From: Azospirillum brasilense
GTDB taxonomy: Bacteria > Pseudomonadota > Alphaproteobacteria > Rickettsiales > UBA3002
Direction: 5' to 3'
Assembly: GCA_003241645.1 (NCBI GenBank)
Contig: QFOX01000001.1
Location: forward strand, 54,475-118,474
Length of the DNA stretch: 64,000 nucleotides
Numbering within the stretch: position 1 is the first letter of the stretch; each line of letters begins with the position of its first letter. A model generated the notes under the pieces. The model made no database searches. It was not told the origin of the DNA and worked only from the letters and a program-made list of their open reading frames with translations. A program made the position numbers and the translations under genes. This document shows, in pieces, positions 19,535-28,184 of the stretch.

Positions 19535-20163
19535 AATTCCCCATGCTCGATGAAATGCACGGCGGCGCGTTGGACTTCGCGGTTCAGCGGCATGAAACTG
19601 TGCGTGGCGTGCAGCACCGTGTGCGCATGCGGCGTGGCAAGACGCGTATTTTCAATGGCGACCTTGCCGTCGTTCGGCCGGCCGATGATGGCCGAACTGA
19701 GCGGGTCCAGCGTGCGGTCGCCCGCGATGATGCCGACCGTGCCCACGCTGAGTTCGGGGTGGCTGGCGTGCTGGCAAAGCTGTTGGCCCGCCGGGCCCCA
19801 GCCCCAGCGGTAAAGCCGCCAATGCTGCAGGAAATCCGCTACTTCGCTGCCATGGTTGGGCGTGCCGAGCATGACGATGCGCCCCATATCGGTGCGCGGG
19901 TAATGGTGCAGGTAATGCCGCATCAGCAGCCCGCCCATGGAATGCCCCACCATATGCAGCGGGCCGGGCTGGCCGTGCATGAACGCCTCGACGCGTGGGT
20001 GCAGCCAATCGCTCAAACCCCGCAGGTCATGGCGGCGCGATGGGTAGCTAAGGTTCAGGGTGCGGTAGCCGCGCGCTTCCAGCCTGCGTTCGATGCCGCG
20101 CATGCTGCGCGCCGAGCGCAGGATGCCATGCAGCAATAAAACAGAACCCTTGGAGGTACTCAC
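19531..20163 (-). CDS. Alpha/beta-hydrolase (esterase/lipase-like)
   Basis: 210 aa. LLLHGIL, nucleophile elbow GHSMGG, LGTPNHGS. Confidence 0.7.
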   Translation of the reverse strand: MSTSKGSVLLLHGILRSARSMRGIERRLEARGYRTLNLSYPSRRHDLRGLSDWLHPRVEAFMHGQPGPLHMVGHSMGGLLMRHYLHHYPRTDMGRIVMLGTPNHGSEVADFLQHWRLYRWGWGPAGQQLCQHASHPELSVGTVGIIAGDRTLDPLSSAIIGRPNDGKVAIENTRLATPHAHTVLHATHSFMPLNREVQRAAVHFIEHGEF

Positions 20164-20730
20164 CTAGCGCAGCGGGGCGATACGCGGGCGATCATCGGCA
20201 TAGATCACGGCGACGCGGGTGCCCGGCGCGATCACGACCTCATCCTTCTGCACCACGGCAATCGCTTCGGATTGGGTATCCGCCACCTGGATGGCGTCGT
20301 TGATGTCATCAGCAACCGAGCTGCCACGGTTGATCTCGAGGCGCTCTTTGCTGCGGATGGTCTTGGTGCCGGTGGCTTTGGGGCTGTCCAGCTGCACGAT
20401 GTATTCGGTGCCCGTGCTGGTGCCCAGCTCGTCCTGAATGGCGGCACCGGCAACTGCGCCGAGGATCACGCCGCCGACGGTGGCAAGGCTGCGGCCCGTG
20501 CCGCCGCCAATGGCAGAGCCTGCGACCCCACCTGCAACGCCACCTGCAACGCCGCCAAGGGCGTTATCCTGCATGCGTTCGGTGTCCTTCACGGTGACCT
20601 GGCGCGCCGAAATCACGGTGCCGTAGACCACTTTGGCCACCGGGCTGTTGCTGGTGTAGGTGGTGCTGTCCATGTTGCGGCCACAGGCAGCAACGCTGAG
20701 CGCGAGGGCGAGCATCATCATCTTTTTCAT
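20164..20730 (-). CDS. Glycine-zipper lipoprotein (SlyB/Pcp-like)
   Basis: I use the ATG at 20730 (MKKMMMLALALSVAAC, lipobox) with AAGGA upstream. The glycine zipper is GGVAGGVAGGVAGSAIGGGTG...GGVILGAVAGAAIQ. Directly abuts the hydrolase gene. Confidence 0.7.
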   Translation of the reverse strand: MKKMMMLALALSVAACGRNMDSTTYTSNSPVAKVVYGTVISARQVTVKDTERMQDNALGGVAGGVAGGVAGSAIGGGTGRSLATVGGVILGAVAGAAIQDELGTSTGTEYIVQLDSPKATGTKTIRSKERLEINRGSSVADDINDAIQVADTQSEAIAVVQKDEVVIAPGTRVAVIYADDRPRIAPLR

Positions 20731-20797
20731 GGGGTCATTCCTTGAAGGGTGAGGGTATGCCCTATGCATAGCAGAACCATGCGCGAATGCAAGGAAC

Positions 20798-21328
20798 CTA
20801 GCGGCTACGCAGGCTGCGCGTGCCGTAATTGCCGGGGCGGTAGCGCGCGTTGCGGTCGCTGCCGCGCATGCCGTTCACAGTTTCGTTCGCCCCGGCACCC
20901 ACCGCGCTATTGGCGGGGTTGTCGTTCATGTAGCGCCCGTCCCACGGGTTGCGCGGGTCATCGAACCCGCGGCGCACGGCGTCCACATCGCTGCGGTTGC
21001 GGCCATTGGTGTTATCGTAGGGGTAGCGCGCCTCGATGTCGCTGGTGCGACCATCGTTACCGCGGTTGCGCCAGCCGTCGCGGTCGCGCCCACGCGTGCT
21101 GTAGATGCCCGCGGGCACGTTCGTGCTGGTGTTGGTGGTGCTGGTCGTCACCCCGCTCGCATCGGTGGAGCTGGTGGTGGTCGATTGGCTGGTGGTGGTG
21201 TAATAGCCCGGCGTGTAGCCCGGTGTGGCCGTGGTTGCCTGAGCGCAGGCCCCCGCGGGCCATGCAGCAAGGCCCAGCAAGGCCGGGAGCAGGTAATAGC
21301 GTGTACGATCGCCTAGCATGGTACGCAT
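20798..21328 (-). CDS. Secreted Thr/Ser- and Asn/Arg/Asp-rich low-complexity protein, unknown function
   Basis: 176 aa. GGAGGTG lies 5 nt upstream of the ATG. A signal peptide (LLPALLGLAAWPAGACAQA) is followed by TTTSQSTTTSSTDASGVTTSTTNTS and RD/RN-rich repeats. Confidence 0.5.
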   Translation of the reverse strand: MRTMLGDRTRYYLLPALLGLAAWPAGACAQATTATPGYTPGYYTTTSQSTTTSSTDASGVTTSTTNTSTNVPAGIYSTRGRDRDGWRNRGNDGRTSDIEARYPYDNTNGRNRSDVDAVRRGFDDPRNPWDGRYMNDNPANSAVGAGANETVNGMRGSDRNARYRPGNYGTRSLRSR

Positions 21329-21375
21329 AGTTTCACCTCCGCCATCAAGAAGCGATTGGGTTCGCTTTTGAATTC

Positions 21376-21452
21376 TGGTGCACCCGACTGGAGTCGAACC
21401 AGTGACCTTTGCCTTCGGAGGGCAACGCTCTATCCAGCTGAGCTACGAGTGC
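21376..21452 (-). tRNA. tRNA-Arg (anticodon CCG)
   Basis: Reverse complement is GCACTCGTAGCTCAGCTGGATAGAGCGTTGCCCTCCGAAGGCAAAGGTCACTGGTTCGACTCCAGTCGGGTGCACCA. It folds as a cloverleaf with 7-bp acceptor, anticodon loop CTCCGAA, T-loop GGTTCGACTCC and encoded CCA. Confidence 0.93.
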
Positions 21453-21628
21453 ATGGGCGGCTTGATACAGCCGTGATCGCGGCGGGCCAAGTGTTTTATC
21501 AGGTTTTGCGCGAGATGTTCGTATCAGCAAAGAACAGGATGTTGATGCGCATCCCCTGGCGCGCCATCGCAATTTTACGGCCAGACGGGCTATGATGCAG
21601 TCCTGACCCATTAAAAAAGGAGCGTGCC

Positions 21629-21835
21629 ATGGATTTCGATCAGGAACGCCTCGGCATGGCGCAGGAGCAGCCTTCTGCCATGCCCGATTACGCAACCATC
21701 TGGCTTGCCGTGCTTATTGCTGTTGTTGTGGTAAGTGGCGCGGCATTGCTGCTTGGCCAGCCTGCCATGCAGCCGGTGTTCGGCGATCCGTACGAGGCAA
21801 GCGTTGGCATGGCGCAGGAAACCCCCGCGCCGTAA
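21629..21835 (+). CDS. Small membrane protein (68 aa), hypothetical
   Basis: AAGGAG lies 6 nt upstream of the ATG. Central TM is IWLAVLIAVVVVSGAALLL. It is flanked by a repeated GMAQE(Q/T)P motif. Confidence 0.45.
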   Translation: MDFDQERLGMAQEQPSAMPDYATIWLAVLIAVVVVSGAALLLGQPAMQPVFGDPYEASVGMAQETPAP

Positions 21836-21876
21836 CAGATGCAAAGGCGGTTTGAATAGCGATTGCTTATCGGTGG

Positions 21877-23121
21877 GTGGCAGGCCATCATGCGTGCATG
21901 GTTGCTGATGTATCTGCCCATCCACCCATTCTGCCGGTGATCCTTGCCGGAGGCAGTGGGGCGCGTCTTGCGCCCATCTCGACACCCGAATGCCCGAAAC
22001 CGTTCGTTGCGTGGCCCAACGGCCATTGCCTTTACCGTCAGGCCATCGAGCGACTCTCCCGCGGGTGGCTGCCCCCGCTGGTCATTGGCCGGGAGCAGGA
22101 CCGTTTCCGCCTGTTGAACCATGTGCGCGACGCCGGGCGCGCATACGGCGGCATTCTGCTGGAACATCAACCATTTAATACGGGGTTTGCGGTGGCGCTT
22201 GCCGCCGCGTGGCTCGAACGCCATGCCGCGGTGCCGCTCACGCTGGCCCTGCTGCCGGCCGATCATCTCATTCGCCCGGTCGCGCCATGGCAGCAAGCGA
22301 TCCAGCATGCCGCGGAAGTGGCCGCGCGTGCGGGCCAACATTGTTTGCTAAGCGCTCGACCGCGCTGGGACGAAACGGGGTATGGCTACATTGATGCGGA
22401 TTGGCATGCGAAACCAACGGGCAGCGCTTTCCTCATTCGCCGTTTCGTGGAGAAACCGGCGCAGCCGGGTGCATGCATTGCGCAGGGCATGCAATGGAAT
22501 ACCGGGCAAGTTTTAGTGACCATAAGCGTTCTAATTGATCTATTCCAGAAGTATGCGCCGGAATATCTCGCTACGGCGCGGCGCATGGTTGGCCATGCAA
22601 CGCGCAGCTACGAGTTTACGATGCTGGCCTGCGACGCCGCGCGTGACCCCGGCCTTGAGGCCGTGCCATTCGACCGACTTATCCTCGAGAAGGCAGACGG
22701 TTACGTCATTCCGCTGGACGCGGAATGGGGCGATCTGGGTACGGTCGCGCGCTGGCAGGAATATGCGGGGGTGGGGCAGGGCACGTCCCGCACGGATCGG
22801 CCATGGGGCTATTTCGAGATGCTCGCCCACGATGAGCGCCGCGTTTTAAAGAAACTTACGATCTATCCCGGTGCCAGATTGTCGCTCCAGCAGCATCAAT
22901 TCCGGGACGAGCATTGGCAGGTGCTGCAGGGTGTGGCCACCGTGCAAGCGGATGGTGCAACCCATCTTCTTGAAATACATGATGAAATATCCATTCGTGC
23001 GGGCTGCTGGCACCGACTGGAAAATAATGGAACTGAAAATCTTATAATCATTGAAACACAAATTGGTAAATGCTTGGAAAGTGACATCCTCCGAAAGGAA
23101 GATGATTACGGCCGCATATAA
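21877..23121 (+). CDS. manC: Mannose-1-phosphate guanylyltransferase / mannose-6-phosphate isomerase family (type II PMI-GMP)
   Basis: N-terminal NTP-transferase motif ILPVILAGGSGARLAP. C-terminal cupin LSLQQHQFRDEHWQVLQG...HRLEN...LRKEDDYGR. The start is uncertain (21877 or 21898). The last ~57 codons are conspicuously AT-rich. Confidence 0.75.
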   Translation: MAGHHACMVADVSAHPPILPVILAGGSGARLAPISTPECPKPFVAWPNGHCLYRQAIERLSRGWLPPLVIGREQDRFRLLNHVRDAGRAYGGILLEHQPFNTGFAVALAAAWLERHAAVPLTLALLPADHLIRPVAPWQQAIQHAAEVAARAGQHCLLSARPRWDETGYGYIDADWHAKPTGSAFLIRRFVEKPAQPGACIAQGMQWNTGQVLVTISVLIDLFQKYAPEYLATARRMVGHATRSYEFTMLACDAARDPGLEAVPFDRLILEKADGYVIPLDAEWGDLGTVARWQEYAGVGQGTSRTDRPWGYFEMLAHDERRVLKKLTIYPGARLSLQQHQFRDEHWQVLQGVATVQADGATHLLEIHDEISIRAGCWHRLENNGTENLIIIETQIGKCLESDILRKEDDYGRI

Positions 23122-23574
23122 GTTATTTTTGCTATGAATACAAAACTGTATAACATAGCATAAAAATAACATTAATTTAGCTATATAATAGTAGGCAAAA
23201 AATGCCTTATTATTGTATTTAATAACTTATTTTGATGTCTAATAAATACACCAAACTGCTCAAATCATGGGCATGGAATGGCGGCATGGCAGGCCATGAC
23301 TGCCCCCGTCCCGGATCGGCCGACGGCGATGACCGATGTGGCCCTTACCCTTGGGGGGCCATAGTGGGTAAGTCTGTGCATGGGCTGTGAGTAAAAGAAT
23401 TATTTCTTTAAGCCATTGAATTGTAACGTGGAAAGCCATTGCGTAACCCACCGATATTTCCCGATTGATTCGTGCCGGACAGCCGCTAGCGTGGGGCGTG
23501 GTTGGGCATATCGGCGCTAGCGGAAGCAGCGCCCGCACGGATGGGGCAGGCATGCCGCACCATGGCAGCATTGC

Positions 23575-23590
23575 AACACTAGATATAGTA
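23575..23590 (+). promoter_or_regulatory. Candidate NrdR box 1 upstream of nrdA
   Basis: AACACTAGATATAGTA. It contains the near-palindrome ACTAGATATAGT and resembles the reported NrdR-box pattern acaCwAnAtaTwGtgt. Confidence 0.35.
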
Positions 23591-23732
23591 GGTGGCGCAT
23601 GGGTGAGGGAAACCCCCAAAAATGCGAAAATACCGCTCCTAGGTGCGCATCTATACTATTGAAATAAAACAATAAATGCTCCAACAACGAAAATATTTTT
23701 ATGCTCCACTGATTTTCCCGCTGGACAGCTCT

Positions 23733-23754
23733 AACACAAGATGTAGTATCCACC
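23733..23754 (+). promoter_or_regulatory. Candidate NrdR box 2 with adjacent DnaA-box-like TATCCAC
   Basis: AACACAAGATGTAGTA shares 14 of 16 positions with box 1. It is immediately followed by and overlaps gTATCCACc (DnaA box consensus TTATCCACA). It lies about 120 nt upstream of the nrdA ATG. Confidence 0.3.
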
Positions 23755-23866
23755 ATCCCAGCGGCAACCAACCCCAAAAAAGGGCGGAACTGCGGGGCGG
23801 AACGGGTGAAAAACCATCCAATTCGACCTATCTAGAAACTCACGATCAACACGAATGGGGTGTGAC

Positions 23867-25690
23867 ATGCAGACTAATGGTTCCAAGGTCGTCAACGTCG
23901 ATTACGCACGCGATAGTTACCTGACCGACTTTGGCAAGGCGACGCTGGATGATCGCTACCTCCTTCCGGAAGAGAAATATCAGGACCTGTTCGCCCGCGT
24001 GGCGACCTTCTATGCCGACGATGCCGAGCATGCCGGTCGTATTTACGATTACATGTCGAAAATGTGGTTCATGCCCGCCACCCCCATTCTCAGCAATGGC
24101 GGCACCGCAAAAGGCGATAGCAAGGCCCGCGGCCTGCCCATCAGCTGCTTCCTGAACGAAACCGAAGACTCGCTGCAGGGCATCGTGGACCTGTGGAACG
24201 AGAATGTGTGGCTCGCCAGCCGTGGCGGCGGGATCGGTTCCTACTGGGGCAACCTGCGCGCGCTGGGTGAAAAGGTCGGCCGCAATGGCAAGACCTCGGG
24301 CGTGGTACCGTTCGTGCGCGTACAGGATTCGCTGACGCTGGCGATCTCCCAAGGTTCGCTGCGCCGTGGCTCTTCGGCTGTGTACCTCGACATCTCGCAC
24401 CCCGAGATCGAAGAATTCATCGACATTCGCCGCCCGACCGGGGGTGATCCGAACCGCAAAGCACTGAACCTGCACCATGGCGTGGCCGTGACCGACGCGT
24501 TCATGGAAGCCGTGGAGAAGGACGAGAAGTGGGACCTGCTGAGCCCGAAAGACAAACACGTGGTCGAGACCGTGAAGGCGCGCGACCTGTGGGCGAAGCT
24601 GCTGACCACCCGCATCGAAACGGGCGAGCCGTACATCATCTTCATCGACACGGTGAACAAAGCCATTCCGGAACACCACAAGCAGGCGGGCCTGCACGTG
24701 AAAATGAGCAACCTCTGCTCCGAGATCACGCTGCCGACCGGCTACGACCACCATGGCAAAAGCCGCACCGCGGTGTGCTGCCTGAGCTCGCTGAACCTTG
24801 AATATTACGACGAGTGGAAGTCGCAGCCGCAATTCATCGAGGACGTGATGCGTTTCCTCGACAACGTGCTGCAGGATTTCATCGACACCGCGCCGGATTC
24901 GATGGCGCGCGCCAAATACTCGGCCAGCCGCGAGCGCTCGGTGGGCCTTGGCGTCATGGGCTTCCACAGCTACCTGCAACGCAAGATGATCCCGTTCGAA
25001 TCGGTGATGGCGAAGGTCTGGAACAAGAAAATGTTCGAGCATATCCGCAAAGGCGCGGATGCGGCCTCGCTGAAGCTGGGCGAAGAGCGTGGGCCATGCC
25101 CCGACGCGGCCGAGTTCGGCTCGAAAGAGCGTTTCTCGAACAAGATGGCGATCGCCCCGACCGCCAGCATCAGCATCATCACCGGCAATGCCAGCCCGGG
25201 CATCGAGCCCTATGCTGCCAACGTGTTCACGCAGAAGACGCTCTCGGGCAGCTTCCCCGTGCGCAACAAATACCTCAAGCAGCTGCTGGCCGAAAAGGGT
25301 CAGGACACGGCCGAGGTGTGGTCGTCGATCGCGACGCATGAAGGCTCGGTGCAGCAGCTTGATTTCCTCGACGAGAACGAGAAGCTCACCTTCAAGACCG
25401 CGTACGAGATCGACCAGCGCTGGGTGATCGAGCATTCGGGCGACCGTGCGCCGTTCATCTGCCAGGCCTCGAGCATCAACCTGTTCCTGCCGGCCAACGT
25501 GCATAAGCGCGACCTGCACATGCTGCACTACATGGCATGGAAGAAGGGCGTGAAGTCGTTGTATTACTGCCGTTCGGCGTCGCTGCAGCGGGCTGACAAG
25601 GTGAGCAAGAAGGTCGATTCAGGCATCCAGATGGAGATGAGCCTGAAGACCAAGCAGAACGCCTACGAGGAATGCCTCGCGTGCCAGTAA
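23867..25690 (+). CDS. nrdA: Ribonucleoside-diphosphate reductase alpha subunit (class I, short form without an obvious ATP-cone)
   Basis: I use the ATG at 23867 (MQTNGSKVV...). Motifs: FMPATPILSNGG, ISCFL, GGGIGSYW, NLCSEITLP, CCLSSLNL, KSLYYCRS. Confidence 0.92.
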   Translation: MQTNGSKVVNVDYARDSYLTDFGKATLDDRYLLPEEKYQDLFARVATFYADDAEHAGRIYDYMSKMWFMPATPILSNGGTAKGDSKARGLPISCFLNETEDSLQGIVDLWNENVWLASRGGGIGSYWGNLRALGEKVGRNGKTSGVVPFVRVQDSLTLAISQGSLRRGSSAVYLDISHPEIEEFIDIRRPTGGDPNRKALNLHHGVAVTDAFMEAVEKDEKWDLLSPKDKHVVETVKARDLWAKLLTTRIETGEPYIIFIDTVNKAIPEHHKQAGLHVKMSNLCSEITLPTGYDHHGKSRTAVCCLSSLNLEYYDEWKSQPQFIEDVMRFLDNVLQDFIDTAPDSMARAKYSASRERSVGLGVMGFHSYLQRKMIPFESVMAKVWNKKMFEHIRKGADAASLKLGEERGPCPDAAEFGSKERFSNKMAIAPTASISIITGNASPGIEPYAANVFTQKTLSGSFPVRNKYLKQLLAEKGQDTAEVWSSIATHEGSVQQLDFLDENEKLTFKTAYEIDQRWVIEHSGDRAPFICQASSINLFLPANVHKRDLHMLHYMAWKKGVKSLYYCRSASLQRADKVSKKVDSGIQMEMSLKTKQNAYEECLACQ

Positions 25691-26178
25691 TGGCACGCAG
25701 CCTTCTGGCGGGATTGGCGGCGCTGGCCCTGTGGCTGGCCGCCACCCCTGCCGAGGCGGCATCGCCCAAAACGGTGATGAAATTTGTCCTGAAAGAGCGG
25801 GAGGTGATGAAGGCGGAAACGGAGTATGAGGCGGTGAGCCATGCGATGATGATGTACACGCAGTGCCCCAAAGAATACCCGCTGGATGCCCCGAAAAAAG
25901 CCTACATGGATGAGCTGTTCATTCGCCGGTGGAAAGAATTCCGTGAAGCCTTCACCACCGCCCATTACCGCGTTACGCAGAAGCTGCCTTCGGATGAGAT
26001 GTATAGTATGGTGAATGCCTACATCAAAGACCAGCAGACCGCCGCCGCGGTGAAGATGGGCCAGGCGATCCAGGCGAACCGCGTGGGCTGCAAGCAGCTC
26101 TTCCTGAAGCAACTCGACACCTACATAGAACAGATCCGCAAGCAAGATACGACCCCGGCCCCGGCCACCCAAGAATAA
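25690..26178 (+). CDS. Exported protein of unknown function encoded between nrdA and nrdB
   Basis: The ATG at 25690 overlaps the nrdA stop (TAATG). Signal peptide is MARSLLAGLAALALWLAATPAEA followed by ASPK. The roughly 140-aa mature part is helical-looking with 2 Cys. I recognise no family. Confidence 0.55.
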   Translation: MARSLLAGLAALALWLAATPAEAASPKTVMKFVLKEREVMKAETEYEAVSHAMMMYTQCPKEYPLDAPKKAYMDELFIRRWKEFREAFTTAHYRVTQKLPSDEMYSMVNAYIKDQQTAAAVKMGQAIQANRVGCKQLFLKQLDTYIEQIRKQDTTPAPATQE

Positions 26179-26204
26179 CACACGACGTCACTAGGAGTTT
26201 TCCC

Positions 26205-27188
26205 ATGTCCCTGCTCGATGCCAAGCCCATCTACAAACCCTTCAGCTACCCCTGGGCCTACGAAGCCTGGCACATGCAGCAGCGCATTCACTGGCTGCCG
26301 GAAGAAGTGCCGCTGGCCGACGATGTGCGCGACTGGAAAAAGAACCTCACCCCCAGCGAGAAAAACCTGCTGACGCAGATCTTCCGCTTCTTCACGCAGG
26401 CGGATATCGAGGTGAACAACTGCTACATGAAGAACTACAGTCAGGTCTTCAAGCCCACCGAAGTGCAGATGATGCTCAGCGCGTTTTCCAACATGGAGAC
26501 CGTGCACATTGCGGCCTACAGCCACCTGCTGGATACGATCGGCATGCCCGAGAGCGAATACACCGCCTTCATGAAATACAAGGAAATGAAGGACAAGTAC
26601 GACTACATGCAGCAATTCAACGTGGAGTCGAAAGAGGACATCGCCACCACGCTGGCCGTGTTCGGCGCCTTCACCGAAGGCCTGCAGCTGTTCGCCAGCT
26701 TCGCGATCCTGCTGAACTTCCCGCGCTGGGGCAAAATGAAGGGCATGGGCCAGATCGTGACCTGGTCGGTGCGTGACGAGACGCTGCACACCAACAGCAT
26801 CATCCGCCTGTTCAAGACCTTCTGCGACGAGAACCCCGAGATCTGGACGGATGAGCTGCGCAGCAAGCTCTACGTGGCGTGCAACACCATCGTGATGCAT
26901 GAGGATGCGTTCATCGACCTCGCGTTCGGGCTGGGCGAAGTGCAGGGCCTCACCCCGAACGAGGTGAAGAACTACATCCGCTACATCGCCGATCGCCGCC
27001 TCGCGCAGCTCGGCCTGCAGCCCATGTACCAGATCGAGAAGAACCCGCTGCCGTGGCTGGACGAGATCCTCAACGGCGTGGAGCACACCAACTTCTTCGA
27101 AAACCGCGTGACCGAATACGCGAAAGCCGCCACCCAGGGCAACTGGGACGACGCCTTCGCGATCCACGAAGCGGAAGTGGCCGCCTAA
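26205..27188 (+). CDS. nrdB: Ribonucleoside-diphosphate reductase beta subunit
   Basis: 327 aa with AGGAG upstream. Ferritin-like di-iron motifs (FFTQADIEV, ETVHIAAYSHLL, FTEGLQLFASF, RDETLHT). Confidence 0.92.
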   Translation: MSLLDAKPIYKPFSYPWAYEAWHMQQRIHWLPEEVPLADDVRDWKKNLTPSEKNLLTQIFRFFTQADIEVNNCYMKNYSQVFKPTEVQMMLSAFSNMETVHIAAYSHLLDTIGMPESEYTAFMKYKEMKDKYDYMQQFNVESKEDIATTLAVFGAFTEGLQLFASFAILLNFPRWGKMKGMGQIVTWSVRDETLHTNSIIRLFKTFCDENPEIWTDELRSKLYVACNTIVMHEDAFIDLAFGLGEVQGLTPNEVKNYIRYIADRRLAQLGLQPMYQIEKNPLPWLDEILNGVEHTNFFENRVTEYAKAATQGNWDDAFAIHEAEVAA

Positions 27189-27210
27189 GTTACGCGGTTA
27201 CCCCATAAAG

Positions 27211-27245
27211 AACGGGCGGCCACGTGGCCGCCCGTTTTTGTTTTA
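27211..27245 (+). terminator. Rho-independent terminator after nrdB (potentially bidirectional)
   Basis: AACGGGCGGCCACGTGGCCGCCCGTT forms a perfect GC-rich hairpin and is followed by TTTGTTTT. Confidence 0.8.
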
Positions 27246-27425
27246 GTGGGTGGTGTGCAGCACGCGCTCATCCTCCGGGCCCCATTTCAGTACCGGTAGT
27301 TGCCGTGGCAGCAGGGCTGAGGCGAAAAGATCGCCTTGCGCCTGTCCGCCACGGGGCATGCCGAGCGTTACCGGGTGAGGGGTGCTTGCCGAGTATGGAG
27401 CAGTGCTTGCATGGGAATGGTTCAT
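27243..27425 (-). CDS. Possible small protein (60 aa), hypothetical
   Basis: GGAGG lies 5 nt upstream of the ATG (ccaccGGAGGcaaccATG). The ORF ends at the nrdB terminator. I recognise no homology. Confidence 0.3.
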   Translation of the reverse strand: MNHSHASTAPYSASTPHPVTLGMPRGGQAQGDLFASALLPRQLPVLKWGPEDERVLHTTH

Positions 27426-27519
27426 GGTTGCCTCCGGTGGGGATTGCTATTGATACGCGCTACAAGGTCAGTATCCTGCGCGGGTTATTAAAAAACCATT
27501 ACCTATCCACAGGCATTGC

Positions 27520-28083
27520 ATGAGCGCGGAAGAAATGATCGTCCAGGCCGGGGCCCATGCCTTTGGCGATGGGTCGCACCCCACCACGGTGGGCATGCTG
27601 GCTGCGCTCGAAGCCATTGACCCCGCCGCCTTCACCCCCCGCGCTGTGTGCGACATGGGGGCGGGCTCCGGCATCCTCAGTGTGGCCGTGGCACGCCAGT
27701 TCGGCTGCAAGGTGGTGGCTGTGGATATTGAGCGACAAGCTGTTGAAACATTGCGGGAGAACGCCCGCACCAACGCTGTGGATAGCCTGATCCGCGCCGT
27801 GCATTCGGACGGTTTTGCCCACCCAGCCATTCAGGCGGCAGCACCCTTCGATTTGATCCTGATGAATATCCTCGCTGAGCCGCTGCTGCGGCTGGCGACG
27901 CAGGCGGAAGCCTTGCTTGCCCCCGGCGGGGTGCTGGTGCTTTCCGGCATGCTGGCATGGCAGGAGCCGCAGGTGAGCGCGGCCTATCAGGCGATCGGGC
28001 TGGAGCCGGCCCACCGGCTGACCCTGCATGACTGGGTCACGCTGGTGTTCCAGAAGCCGGAAGCGATTGAACTGCAAGGATAG
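27520..28083 (+). CDS. prmA: PrmA-like SAM-dependent methyltransferase (ribosomal protein L11 methyltransferase family, short form)
   Basis: 187 aa. FGDGSHPTT, SAM motif CDMGAGSGILS, DLILMNILA. It lacks the usual PrmA N-terminal domain. Confidence 0.6.
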   Translation: MSAEEMIVQAGAHAFGDGSHPTTVGMLAALEAIDPAAFTPRAVCDMGAGSGILSVAVARQFGCKVVAVDIERQAVETLRENARTNAVDSLIRAVHSDGFAHPAIQAAAPFDLILMNILAEPLLRLATQAEALLAPGGVLVLSGMLAWQEPQVSAAYQAIGLEPAHRLTLHDWVTLVFQKPEAIELQG

Positions 28084-28184
28084 TTCACGCCATAGGCTCG
28101 CTGCGCGACTTTCACCAAACTGTCATACAGCTGGGAGGGCGATTCGGTTAGACTGCAAGGTGAAGAAAACCCTAAGGTTCGGCC

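Noticed and set aside
21376-21452. Genomic island or prophage integrated at tRNA-Arg, and likewise at tRNA-Thr (47892-47966).
   Set aside because: No integrase, excisionase or phage genes are present, and I could not recognise a direct repeat of either tRNA 3' end. Only the weaker Tad-island hypothesis at tRNA-Thr is kept as a low-confidence finding.
23260-23866. Cobalamin riboswitch upstream of nrdA. Some bacteria repress class I RNR by B12.
   Set aside because: I read both strands for the conserved B12 box (GCCACTG) and the GGTG/GGGAA core elements and found no convincing match. The 119-aa minus-strand ORF at 23260-23619 also has no recognisable features.
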